From: an uncultured archaeon
Lineage (GTDB): Archaea; Asgardarchaeota; Heimdallarchaeia; Heimdallarchaeales; Heimdallarchaeaceae
Direction: 5' to 3'
DNA length: 64,000 bases
Assembly: GCA_964534625.1 (NCBI GenBank)
Contig: CAZHRF010000006.1
Span: forward strand, 1 to 64,000
Part shown: in pieces, positions 1 to 8,483 of the stretch
Position numbering within the stretch: position 1 is the stretch's first letter
Layout: each line of letters begins with the position of its first letter
The notes under the pieces: model-generated
Told to the model about the DNA's origin: nothing
The model's input: only the letters and a program-made list of their open reading frames with translations
The model's database searches: none
Translations under genes and position numbers: made by a program

Positions 1-1
1 C

Positions 2-49
2 TTCCTTCCTCTGTCCCCTCAGAGGATGGAACTACGAACCCTTTTTTTT
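2..49 (+). terminator. GC-rich hairpin followed by T8 tract (3' end of an upstream transcript or structured RNA, truncated by window edge)
   Basis: TCCTCTG (7-13) pairs with CAGAGGA (20-26); TTCC (2-5) pairs with GGAA (28-31); T run at 42-49. Confidence 0.4.
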
Positions 50-91
50 CTTTATCACTAATTTTTTATTTTACACTTCTAGTTTAATTTT

Positions 92-979
92 ATGAATATA
101 ATTGGCTCGTATTCTGATTTCCTTAATATAGCTAGAGAGCATATTGTGGGTCGTGATGAAGAGCTTGTTTTACTTTACAAAGCTGTGCATCAACGATTAC
201 CTATTATTTTAGAAGGCCCCATTGCAACTGGTAAAACTGAGTTAGCAAAGACGTTAGCCAAACTCTTGGATAAACCTTTTTATCGTGTCGATGGCGATGA
301 CAGTTTAACAGCTATTAAATTAAAAGGGTGGTTTGACCCTCCTCTTGTACTTAAGAAAGGTTTTTCTTTGGATACATTCATTCCTGGTCCTTTAACTCAA
401 GCCATGCTTGAAGGAGGTGTTTTTTTCTTTAATGAAACCAATCGTGCTCCATCAGAAACTATTAACGCTGTTTTATCTGCGTTGGATGAAAAACTGATCA
501 CAGTACCTCAATTAGGAGAAATTGAAGCTAAAAACGGTTTTCTACCTATTTTTGCCTTTAACCCACAAGATACGATCGCAACCAATCCTTTGCCATCAGC
601 TTTTTATGACCGTTGTATTTGGATCAAATTACTTCCTCAATCATTGGAAGAGATGATAGAGATTACAACAATGCGTACAAAATGTAATGATACATTTCTT
701 ATAAAACTCGCGTGTGAGCTTGTCCAAGCAACTTTGGTTCATCCTGAATTAAAAAAAGCGTCAACCGTTAGAGGGGCTATCCAATTAGTTCATTTACTAT
801 ACCCCCAAGAAACGATAACCCGCAATACTTTATTATCAGTGGTCCTACCTATTCATTCTCGAAAAATAACCATCAAATCTACTTCAGCAAAAAATGAAGA
901 ATCCATATTAACCGAGATTACCGATAAATTATTGGTTAAATATCAAGACCATCCTAGAATAGAATCAAAAAAAGCATAA
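92..979 (+). CDS. MoxR-family AAA+ ATPase (CoxD/CbbQ-like)
   Basis: HIVGR N-terminus, Walker A GPIATGKT, GPLTQAM, variant Walker B FFFNETNR, NPQD sensor, LPSAFYDRC arginine finger; followed by a vWA gene. Confidence 0.9.
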   Translation: MNIIGSYSDFLNIAREHIVGRDEELVLLYKAVHQRLPIILEGPIATGKTELAKTLAKLLDKPFYRVDGDDSLTAIKLKGWFDPPLVLKKGFSLDTFIPGPLTQAMLEGGVFFFNETNRAPSETINAVLSALDEKLITVPQLGEIEAKNGFLPIFAFNPQDTIATNPLPSAFYDRCIWIKLLPQSLEEMIEITTMRTKCNDTFLIKLACELVQATLVHPELKKASTVRGAIQLVHLLYPQETITRNTLLSVVLPIHSRKITIKSTSAKNEESILTEITDKLLVKYQDHPRIESKKA

Positions 980-2004
980 AAGGTGACCCTCAATTAAAAG
1001 GGGATGAACCGTTTTTAAGAAATAAAACCAAGCAAATCGAACATAAAATATTACTTAATGATATCTATCTAGAACTAGGAAAACGCGAAGACGATTCTTC
1101 ACATATAATTAAATTAGCGAATACCGCTAAAGAAAGTCAGAGTCTAGAGGGGTTAAGGATTATTGCCACCAATTATCCCTCGATTGTAGGTATTGTTTTG
1201 AATAGCATGGAACTCAGCAATGTACTTTTTAATGAAGGTCTAGATAAAAATTTACTTGAACTCTTTAGTTTGACAAAGAGTACACTAAGTTATGAAAAAA
1301 GAAAAACTATCATAGAACGTTTGATACCCTACATTGTAAAAAAATCTTCAGATATTTTCACGAAAAGTCAATCGATTGGCCTTTCATCTTTTTCTTCTTA
1401 TGAACCAGGATTTGAATGGGATCTAATGCTTACCCTACAAAACATATTACAATCGGGTACAAAACACATTACATACGATTCAATCATAACCAAAAAGACA
1501 AGAAAGCGAGATTTAGCTTACTTCATTTGTATTGATAAAAGTTTAAGTGTATTTTCTTTAATTCATCAAATTGTCTTACTTGCTGCAGTCCTTTCATATG
1601 CAAGCAAAGGAGAGGATTATTCTATAGTGGTTTTTGACAGCCAAGCACGTGTTCTAAAAGAGATAAGAGAATACAAACACATAGAAAAAACAATAGAAGA
1701 AATTTTAACTATCGAGAGTGGAGGAAAAACGAATATTCATGCAGGTTTAAAAGCATCGTTACAAGAAATGATGATGAGCAGAAAAACAAGGAATAGATTA
1801 CTTTTAGTAACAGATTTTCAAAAAACAGCTGGAAAGGATCCTTTTTCTTTACTTACTCAATTTACTGATGTAAAATTGATATATGTGAGGAGTCATAGAG
1901 ATAGAGCTATTATAAACAAAGTTGAAGAATTAGAAAATACTGAAATCTTTGAATTATCTACAGATACAGATTTACTAACTCTTTGTAATCAACTATTAAT
2001 GTAA
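958..2004 (+). CDS. vWA-domain protein (CoxE-like MoxR partner); frame is open from 958, ORF track start TTG 1198 is probably not the true 5' end
   Basis: MIDAS motif CIDKSLS, GKTNI and LVTDF; frame 1 has no stop from 958 to 2001 and no ATG/GTG/TTG before 1198. Confidence 0.8.
   Translation, partial: NRIKKSIKGDPQLKGDEPFLRNKTKQIEHKILLNDIYLELGKREDDSSHIIKLANTAKESQSLEGLRIIATNYPSIVGIVLNSMELSNVLFNEGLDKNLLELFSLTKSTLSYEKRKTIIERLIPYIVKKSSDIFTKSQSIGLSSFSSYEPGFEWDLMLTLQNILQSGTKHITYDSIITKKTRKRDLAYFICIDKSLSVFSLIHQIVLLAAVLSYASKGEDYSIVVFDSQARVLKEIREYKHIEKTIEEILTIESGGKTNIHAGLKASLQEMMMSRKTRNRLLLVTDFQKTAGKDPFSLLTQFTDVKLIYVRSHRDRAIINKVEELENTEIFELSTDTDLLTLCNQLLM
967..1010 (+). promoter_or_regulatory. Candidate -1 ribosomal frameshift signal (A_AAA_AAA slippery site plus weak downstream stem)
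   Basis: TCA AAA AAA GCA TAA in the MoxR frame; CCCT (987-990)/AGGG (999-1002) and GGT (982-984)/ACC (1008-1010) can pair starting 8 nt downstream. Confidence 0.55.
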
Positions 2005-2036
2005 AGAAAGAGAGGAAATGAAAAAAGCAAAACAGA

Positions 2037-3374
2037 TTAGTCTCTTCTTCTTCTTCTTTTTTTAAAGAAAATAGCACTTTGTTCAGTTACTATAAGAAAA
2101 ATACCAAGAAAATCAAAAACTAGCCCATGATATTTTGCTTTTGTTCGTTCAAACGTATATGATAGACTTACTTCAATTCTATATCTAAATGATGTTGTTT
2201 CGTTAAAATCATCAGCAAGCAATATCAAATAATAAATATCAGTTTCTGGTAAATCAAATGATAAAACATCAATTGTGAGGTCATCTGTAGTAACATTCAT
2301 TTTCGTATAATATGTAGCATTGTCAAATAGATCAGATTTTAGATTTTCATAACTCGCGAATAATTCATCATAGGAGATATTAAATTGATAATAAGCTTTA
2401 GTAATATTTTCAAATTGATCAAAAAAAGCATTAAAACCATTCTCTTCTGCTAAAAGGATTGAAAGATTATAATCTACTCTTCCTTGCTTGCTAGATATAT
2501 TTAGATATTCTAGATTGTTTTCTTCATTTTCGATAATTAGTCCTAGTGTAGGATCGAAATGTGAGTTCGTTACTTCAAGACTACTTGTTGCCACATAATT
2601 TCTAGAATAACTATAGCCTATAATAGGGCCCATTAAGAGTCCTAAAAATAAAAGGTATATCCCAAACAGAGTGAATTTCTTGTTGATATGTCTATAAACG
2701 TTCGTACAAAAATCGTTTATTTTACCTTGATTTTCTTTTGGTTGTTTACGTTTTACTGTAGGTATGAATATAATAAATACCCATAGTACTACTATCAAAA
2801 CTTGAACTGCTAACTGGTCAATATACAAATCAATATACTCACCATATATTTGCATTCGCTCTTCTTGTGATACATTGATGAAGAAAAGATTTGTTCCTTC
2901 CTTGTATGAGTAAATTGTCCATCTAGGCAAGATACCAACCAAAACTAAAGGTAAAAACAACCATGCTTGATTAGAGAATCTAAAATAAACAGTCAAATCA
3001 TAAAATCTTGAATCGAGTGGCCAAAATAATTGAATTGGTCCCCATCCAAGATCTAAAAAAACATGTAAAAAGTACATGATAGCAGCTAACTTCATAGTAT
3101 AATTTTTATATTTACTCTCTTGATCAAATATATTCCTTGATTGATTCAGTTGTTCAAGTATGAGTATTCCGAGAAGAAAAAAAGTTGGTAATACAATACT
3201 ATGAGTTGGTCCCCTGTGTATACCGAAGAAAATATCTATATCGGGTAATAGTGCTACTAGGTTAATAAGCAGAAAGGTCCATCTATGTTGTTTATAATAT
3301 TCTTTCTTCTCTTTAGGGAGTAAACCCCAGACAAATAGTCCTTGTAATGCAAGATGAGTTGGTGTCAATGCCAT
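2037..3374 (-). CDS. Membrane-bound metal-dependent hydrolase (YdjM/DUF457-like) with C-terminal extension
   Basis: TPTH, LLPDID, HRGPTHS and HVFLD motifs, multiple TM segments. Start re-set to ATG 3374 (MALTPTH), preceded by AGGAG on the minus strand. Confidence 0.8.
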   Translation of the reverse strand: MALTPTHLALQGLFVWGLLPKEKKEYYKQHRWTFLLINLVALLPDIDIFFGIHRGPTHSIVLPTFFLLGILILEQLNQSRNIFDQESKYKNYTMKLAAIMYFLHVFLDLGWGPIQLFWPLDSRFYDLTVYFRFSNQAWLFLPLVLVGILPRWTIYSYKEGTNLFFINVSQEERMQIYGEYIDLYIDQLAVQVLIVVLWVFIIFIPTVKRKQPKENQGKINDFCTNVYRHINKKFTLFGIYLLFLGLLMGPIIGYSYSRNYVATSSLEVTNSHFDPTLGLIIENEENNLEYLNISSKQGRVDYNLSILLAEENGFNAFFDQFENITKAYYQFNISYDELFASYENLKSDLFDNATYYTKMNVTTDDLTIDVLSFDLPETDIYYLILLADDFNETTSFRYRIEVSLSYTFERTKAKYHGLVFDFLGIFLIVTEQSAIFFKKRRRRRD

Positions 3375-3547
3375 AGTGATATTTCTCCTTTTAGATACAT
3401 AGTATACATTCAGTATAAAGCATTTTTTCTGTATATTTATATATGAAAACCTGTTTGTATTTATTGAACATTTGCTTATTACAACTAAAAACAAAGACTT
3501 ATTATTCTTAGAAGTCATAAACGATTCAGAACATTTGGGGTATTAGA

Positions 3548-6500
3548 ATGATTGAAAACATGCAATCTCAGTATATTGAGAGATTAAAAAGTTTCTTCCA
3601 AGGATATGTGAACGAATCTGGAAGGCATATTTATGTTGAACAAATTCAAAAAATATCGTTAGAAGGATTGCTCTCACTTTACATTAATTATGATGATCTA
3701 TTACGGTTTGATCCAGGTACAGCTCAAGAACTGAGGGAAGACCCAGAAACTATCATCCATGACGCTGATGAAGCATTTAGAGAGGTCTTAAAAATTGAAG
3801 ACCCGATTTATGCAGAAGAACATAAAAATGATTTACGTGTTCGTTTTACTAATATCCCCGACCAAGTAGATCTACGATATCTACGTTCTGTTCACCTTGG
3901 AAATCTTATTTCTGTAGAAGGCATGATTGTTAGACAAAGTGTGGTTAAACCACTGTTAGTTCAAGGTGTTTTCCAATGTCTAAATTGTGGAGAAACATCT
4001 CTTGTGCACCAAGAATTGGGATTGTATACAGAACCAACACAGTGTCCTAACGCCAATTGTGGAAAAAAAGGACCATTTAAGTTATTAACTGATGATCCCT
4101 ATACAACATATACCGATTTACAAACAGTTACTATTCAAGAACGCCCCGAAAACCTCCCTCCTGGACAAATTCCCCGTTCTCTTCCTGCTAGGTTGGTTGG
4201 TGATCTTGTAGATAAGGTACGGGCAGGAGATAGATCTATTGTCAGTGGTATAGTAAGAATGAAGGCTAGTTTCCAAGGAAAAAAAGGAAGACTAGCAACA
4301 TTCAACCCATGGATGGAAGTGAATTTTGTTTCCTCAAGAGAGAAAGAATTTGAGGAGATAGATATTGATCCAGAAACAGAGAGAAAAATAGTTGAATTAT
4401 CCAGAGATCTAAATATCCATCAAAAAATAATTCGATCAGTGGCACCGTCAATATATGGAATGGAAACAATAAAAGAAGCAATAGCAACAGTACTTTTTGG
4501 TGGAGTGTCAAGAGTAGCACCAGATGGAATGAAACAAAGGGGAGAGTCAAACTTACTGATAGTAGGAGACCCGGGAGTAGCTAAATGTGTAGCTCCCGAC
4601 ACCAAAGTGTTACTGGCCAATGGTGAATTAAAAGAAATACGTGATATAGTTGAATCTCAATTGTCTATAAATAAAACAGAAATTGATGATGGCTATTATG
4701 CAGAAGGAATTTTACCAATAATGACACTTAGACCCGATGGAAAAATTGTTGAACATTATGCCAATATATTTTGGAAAAGAGAAAGTCCTAAGAATATTTA
4801 CCTGATTACCACAAAAACAGGGAAAAAACTACATGTTACACCTACTCATCCATTTTTCACAATAAAAAAAGGGAAAATTGCTTCTATCCGTGCTCAAGAT
4901 TTAGAAACAGGTCAATTTATAGCAACTCCTAGATTGATAAAATCTAATATTGATATAGTACCAAATTTGCAAGAATTATTTAGAAATACTAGAAAAGAAC
5001 TGGACCTATCCCAATATAAAATGGGGATTTCTCGAACAACTTATCAGCATTATGAAGAGGGTGATTGTAATCCTTCAATGGCTAAATTGCAAACAATAGT
5101 AAAACATTTAGAAAATACTGTAATGAGCTCTAAATCGCTTAGTTTAAAGAAATTAAAGAAGCACTCTACCTCCGATATATTTTGGGATCAAGTTATAGGT
5201 ATTAAGAAAATTAAACCTAAATTCGATTATGTTTATGATTTGCAAGTACCTATTACTCATAATTTTATAGCTAATGGTGTTGTGGTACATAATAGTCAAT
5301 TACTACAATTTACTCATAGATTAGCTCCAAGAGGAATTTTTACATCAGGGAAAGGATCGTCAGCAGCAGGGTTAACAGCAGCAGTTGTACGAGATGCAGA
5401 TACAGGAGAGTTTACATTAGAAGCAGGTGCACTAGTGCTTGGAGATCGTGGAATTGCGTGCATGTTACCAGATTCCAAGGTTGTTTCCAATGGAAAAATA
5501 GTACGAATTGAGCAGTTATTTGATGAGAATAATAAATACGTGGGCAAAACCAGTCAAGAAATAATCGAGATTACTGACATAGAAATTGAAACATTAGTAT
5601 TGGATGATACTCTAATCTCAAAGAGCGCAATAAGTTCAAAAATACGTCGTAAGAGATATGATGGTCGTATATTGGAATTAACAACAGATACTGGATTTAA
5701 ATTAAAATTGACCCCAGACCATAAAATAATTGATGGTGCAACGCTAGAATGGAAAGAAGTTAACGAATTAAATTCCGGTGATTCTGTTGTTGCTCCATTG
5801 CTACTAAAGAATAATACAAAAGATATATTTGTTTTAGATGTTTTGCCTAATGATTGGATAGCGATTCTATCTATTGAAGAAAAGAATAAACTCAGAGAAT
5901 ATATTTTAAGGAAATACTCATCTTTGGCTGAATTTAATAGAAAATATGGTATCGATAAAGGAGTCTTTTCTGGAAAATCACCTCTAAGGATATCAATTTT
6001 CAAATCAATCCTTGATGAATTCAATGTTTATACTAAATGGAAAAAACACCCATTTAAATATGGTAGAATTGCATCTGGGGAAAAATTAAAAGTCTCTAAA
6101 ATAACACCAGAAATGGCTTATTATTTTGGATTCTTATATTGTGATGGGTGGGTACAAGATACAGGAAGATCGCTTAACTTGGCGATTAGTCAATCTGAAC
6201 CAAATATGAAACAAATTAGTCAAATCAAACAAATGTTCAATACTTTTTCGAATAGAAAAATTAATAGCTATAAAAGAAAGACAGAAAGTAATATTAGAGG
6301 TCAAGATGTAAGGAGTGTTCAATATCACCTAAAAATTGGTTCCAATCTCCTTGGTACATTATATGAACACATAACTCGTGATAATCTATCTCATATATTA
6401 GAACTAAAGGATGAACAGCTTAAAGCTTTTCTTGCTGGATGTATAGATGCTGATGGTTGTATTTCAACAAAATCAAACAGAAATGGCGGAAAAACTTACA

Positions 6501-8458
6501 GAATAGTGCATTTTGATTCGTTACTTTCTGATAGCCAAGACGTTAATGAAAACATTTTGTTAGCGCTCAGAAGATTTGACATTTATGCAAAAATACAAAA
6601 AACTCAGAATCCAAACGTTGATTCTATTCTAATAACTTCAAGAAAAGACGTTAAACGTCTCTCAAAAACAATTTGTGATTATAGTGTGAAATCAAAAAAT
6701 ATCGAATCAAGAAAGAATAAAGTATCTTCTAGTCGAGATAAATTACCTCAAAAAGTTGTAGCAGAAATCTGCTCAGATATAAGAAAAGAATTTTCTACCC
6801 CTATTTTACTAGAAAAGGGTCTTTGGAGCACGATTTATTCGTATCAAAAAGAAAAATATCTACCTAGTAGAGGACAATTAGGAAAAATTAAAAATCGCTT
6901 ACCATGTTTAAGTGACAAAGTTAATGCAAAAATAAACATGCTTCTAAGAGAAGACTTCTTCTTAGAACAAATTGTTGATATCAAAGAAAAGCAATATAAT
7001 GGCTATGTATACGATTTGTATGTTCCAGAGTATCATAATTTCCTTGCAGATGGAGTAATAGTCCATAATTGCATAGACGAGTTTGACAAGATGAACCACT
7101 TAGATCGTTCTTCTATTCATGAAGCTATGGAACAACAAAGTTATCATCCCTCCTTCGATCTTACTTTAAGTGACAAGACTTCCGTTTCCATTGGTGATTT
7201 TGTAGATGATCTATTTTTGATGTATCCTTCCCGTAAAGTTGATGGTATTGATTGTGAGATCCTTGATATTGATGATTTGGATCTTGGTATTTTTACCACT
7301 GATTTTTCAACAACTTACCGTACAAATATCAATAGAGTTAGTCGCCATACGGCACCAGATTATTTCATTAGGATAACCTATGATAATGGTAGAAATATAT
7401 TAGTAACACCTGAACACCCTGTTTTCGTTTCAGAAGAAGGTAAGATTATAACTAGAGCAGCTGAAAAGATTTCTAAAGGTGATTTCGCGCCTGGTGTAAA
7501 TGAACACTCATTTGAAGATGAGCAGTATATTGACACAAGGTTACGTGTAAAAAATGTTGAAATTATCAAGAATGAAGGCAAGTACAAAACAGATTGGGTA
7601 TACGATGTTACAGTTGAACCAACAGAGACTTTTATTAGTCAGGGTTTAGTCCTGCATAATACGGTTAGCATAGCCAAAGCGGGTATTGTTGCTCAACTTA
7701 ATGCACGTACTGCTATTGTGGCAGCTGCCAATCCCCGTTTTGGTCGTTATGAAAAGAATCGTCCTGCCTTAGAAAATATTAATCTCACGCCTACTATCCT
7801 TTCACGTTTTGATCTTCTTTTTGTTGTAAAAGACGAACCTGCCCCCGACCATGATCGTAAAATGGCACGTCATATTTTAGATCTTAGACGCGGGCAAATA
7901 AGTGAATATTCGGATCCCCCTATTGATATGATTTTATTACGTAAGTATATTAGTTATGCTAAGCAACATGTACAACCTAATTTAACAGATGAAGCTATGA
8001 AACGTATAGAAGATTTTTATTTGGGATTGCGTAGGCAATCTGATGATAAAACATTAGCTATTACTCCACGATATCTTGAAGCGATTATACGTCTTTCCGA
8101 AGCCCAAGCTCGTATGGCACTTAAAGATGATGTAACAATCGACCATGTAGAAGCTGCAATTCGTCTTCTAAATGATTCATTAGAACAAGTTGGGAAAGAT
8201 CCCATTACGGGGAGAGTTGATATTGACTATATTATTTCAGGTACAACTAGTGCTTCACGTTCAAATATGCAAGTGGTTATGGATATAATCAAGGTCCAAA
8301 CGAAGAAAGGCAAAAGCGAACTGGTTTCTATTGACAAGATAAAAGAACTTGCTAAAAAGGAAGGAATCGATAATGATTTTATTGATCGATTAATCGTGCA
8401 ACTACGGCAAAATGGTGAAATATACTTGCCAAAAGAAGGATATGTTAAGTTGGTATAA
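3548..8458 (+). CDS. mcm: Replicative helicase MCM precursor containing three inteins (spliced product ~689 aa)
   Basis: Zn finger CLNC...CPNANC, Walker A GDPGVAK/SQ, Walker B CIDEFDKM, EAMEQQ/TVSIAKAG, SRFD arginine finger, C-terminal wHTH. Confidence 0.97.
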   Translation: MIENMQSQYIERLKSFFQGYVNESGRHIYVEQIQKISLEGLLSLYINYDDLLRFDPGTAQELREDPETIIHDADEAFREVLKIEDPIYAEEHKNDLRVRFTNIPDQVDLRYLRSVHLGNLISVEGMIVRQSVVKPLLVQGVFQCLNCGETSLVHQELGLYTEPTQCPNANCGKKGPFKLLTDDPYTTYTDLQTVTIQERPENLPPGQIPRSLPARLVGDLVDKVRAGDRSIVSGIVRMKASFQGKKGRLATFNPWMEVNFVSSREKEFEEIDIDPETERKIVELSRDLNIHQKIIRSVAPSIYGMETIKEAIATVLFGGVSRVAPDGMKQRGESNLLIVGDPGVAKCVAPDTKVLLANGELKEIRDIVESQLSINKTEIDDGYYAEGILPIMTLRPDGKIVEHYANIFWKRESPKNIYLITTKTGKKLHVTPTHPFFTIKKGKIASIRAQDLETGQFIATPRLIKSNIDIVPNLQELFRNTRKELDLSQYKMGISRTTYQHYEEGDCNPSMAKLQTIVKHLENTVMSSKSLSLKKLKKHSTSDIFWDQVIGIKKIKPKFDYVYDLQVPITHNFIANGVVVHNSQLLQFTHRLAPRGIFTSGKGSSAAGLTAAVVRDADTGEFTLEAGALVLGDRGIACMLPDSKVVSNGKIVRIEQLFDENNKYVGKTSQEIIEITDIEIETLVLDDTLISKSAISSKIRRKRYDGRILELTTDTGFKLKLTPDHKIIDGATLEWKEVNELNSGDSVVAPLLLKNNTKDIFVLDVLPNDWIAILSIEEKNKLREYILRKYSSLAEFNRKYGIDKGVFSGKSPLRISIFKSILDEFNVYTKWKKHPFKYGRIASGEKLKVSKITPEMAYYFGFLYCDGWVQDTGRSLNLAISQSEPNMKQISQIKQMFNTFSNRKINSYKRKTESNIRGQDVRSVQYHLKIGSNLLGTLYEHITRDNLSHILELKDEQLKAFLAGCIDADGCISTKSNRNGGKTYRIVHFDSLLSDSQDVNENILLALRRFDIYAKIQKTQNPNVDSILITSRKDVKRLSKTICDYSVKSKNIESRKNKVSSSRDKLPQKVVAEICSDIRKEFSTPILLEKGLWSTIYSYQKEKYLPSRGQLGKIKNRLPCLSDKVNAKINMLLREDFFLEQIVDIKEKQYNGYVYDLYVPEYHNFLADGVIVHNCIDEFDKMNHLDRSSIHEAMEQQSYHPSFDLTLSDKTSVSIGDFVDDLFLMYPSRKVDGIDCEILDIDDLDLGIFTTDFSTTYRTNINRVSRHTAPDYFIRITYDNGRNILVTPEHPVFVSEEGKIITRAAEKISKGDFAPGVNEHSFEDEQYIDTRLRVKNVEIIKNEGKYKTDWVYDVTVEPTETFISQGLVLHNTVSIAKAGIVAQLNARTAIVAAANPRFGRYEKNRPALENINLTPTILSRFDLLFVVKDEPAPDHDRKMARHILDLRRGQISEYSDPPIDMILLRKYISYAKQHVQPNLTDEAMKRIEDFYLGLRRQSDDKTLAITPRYLEAIIRLSEAQARMALKDDVTIDHVEAAIRLLNDSLEQVGKDPITGRVDIDYIISGTTSASRSNMQVVMDIIKVQTKKGKSELVSIDKIKELAKKEGIDNDFIDRLIVQLRQNGEIYLPKEGYVKLV
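4586..5293 (+). mobile_element. Intein 1 in MCM Walker A (236 aa; no endonuclease; contains XRE/Cro-like HTH)
   Basis: Starts C-VAPDT after GDPGVAK; block B TPTHPF; ends VYDLQV...GVVVHN followed by +1 Ser; internal RKELDLSQ...ISRTTYQHYEEGDCNPS. Confidence 0.93.
5459..7069 (+). mobile_element. Intein 2 just before MCM Walker B (537 aa) with LAGLIDADG homing endonuclease
   Basis: Starts C-MLPDS after GDRGIA; TPDHK; LAGLIDADG motifs AYYFGFLYCDG and AFLAGCIDADG; ends VYDLYV...GVIVHN followed by +1 Cys (CIDEFDK). Confidence 0.95.
7139..7660 (+). mobile_element. Intein 3, Ser-initiated mini-intein (174 aa) in EAMEQQ/TVS
   Basis: Starts S-YHPSF after EAMEQQ; TPEHPV; ends VYDVTV...GLVLHN followed by +1 Thr. 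Confidence 0.93.
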
Positions 8459-8483
8459 CCAACTAAAAAAAGGAGCAGATTGA

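Noticed and set aside
11-41. Minus-strand GGGTTCGTAG resembling a tRNA 5' end
   Set aside because: The following sequence forms one long hairpin rather than a D-arm and anticodon arm.
1198-2004. TTG 1198 as the real start of the vWA gene
   Set aside because: It leaves 240 nt of stop-free, protein-like frame upstream and has no clear SD; a frameshift or fusion explains the layout better, though a start here or at ATG 1207 cannot be excluded.
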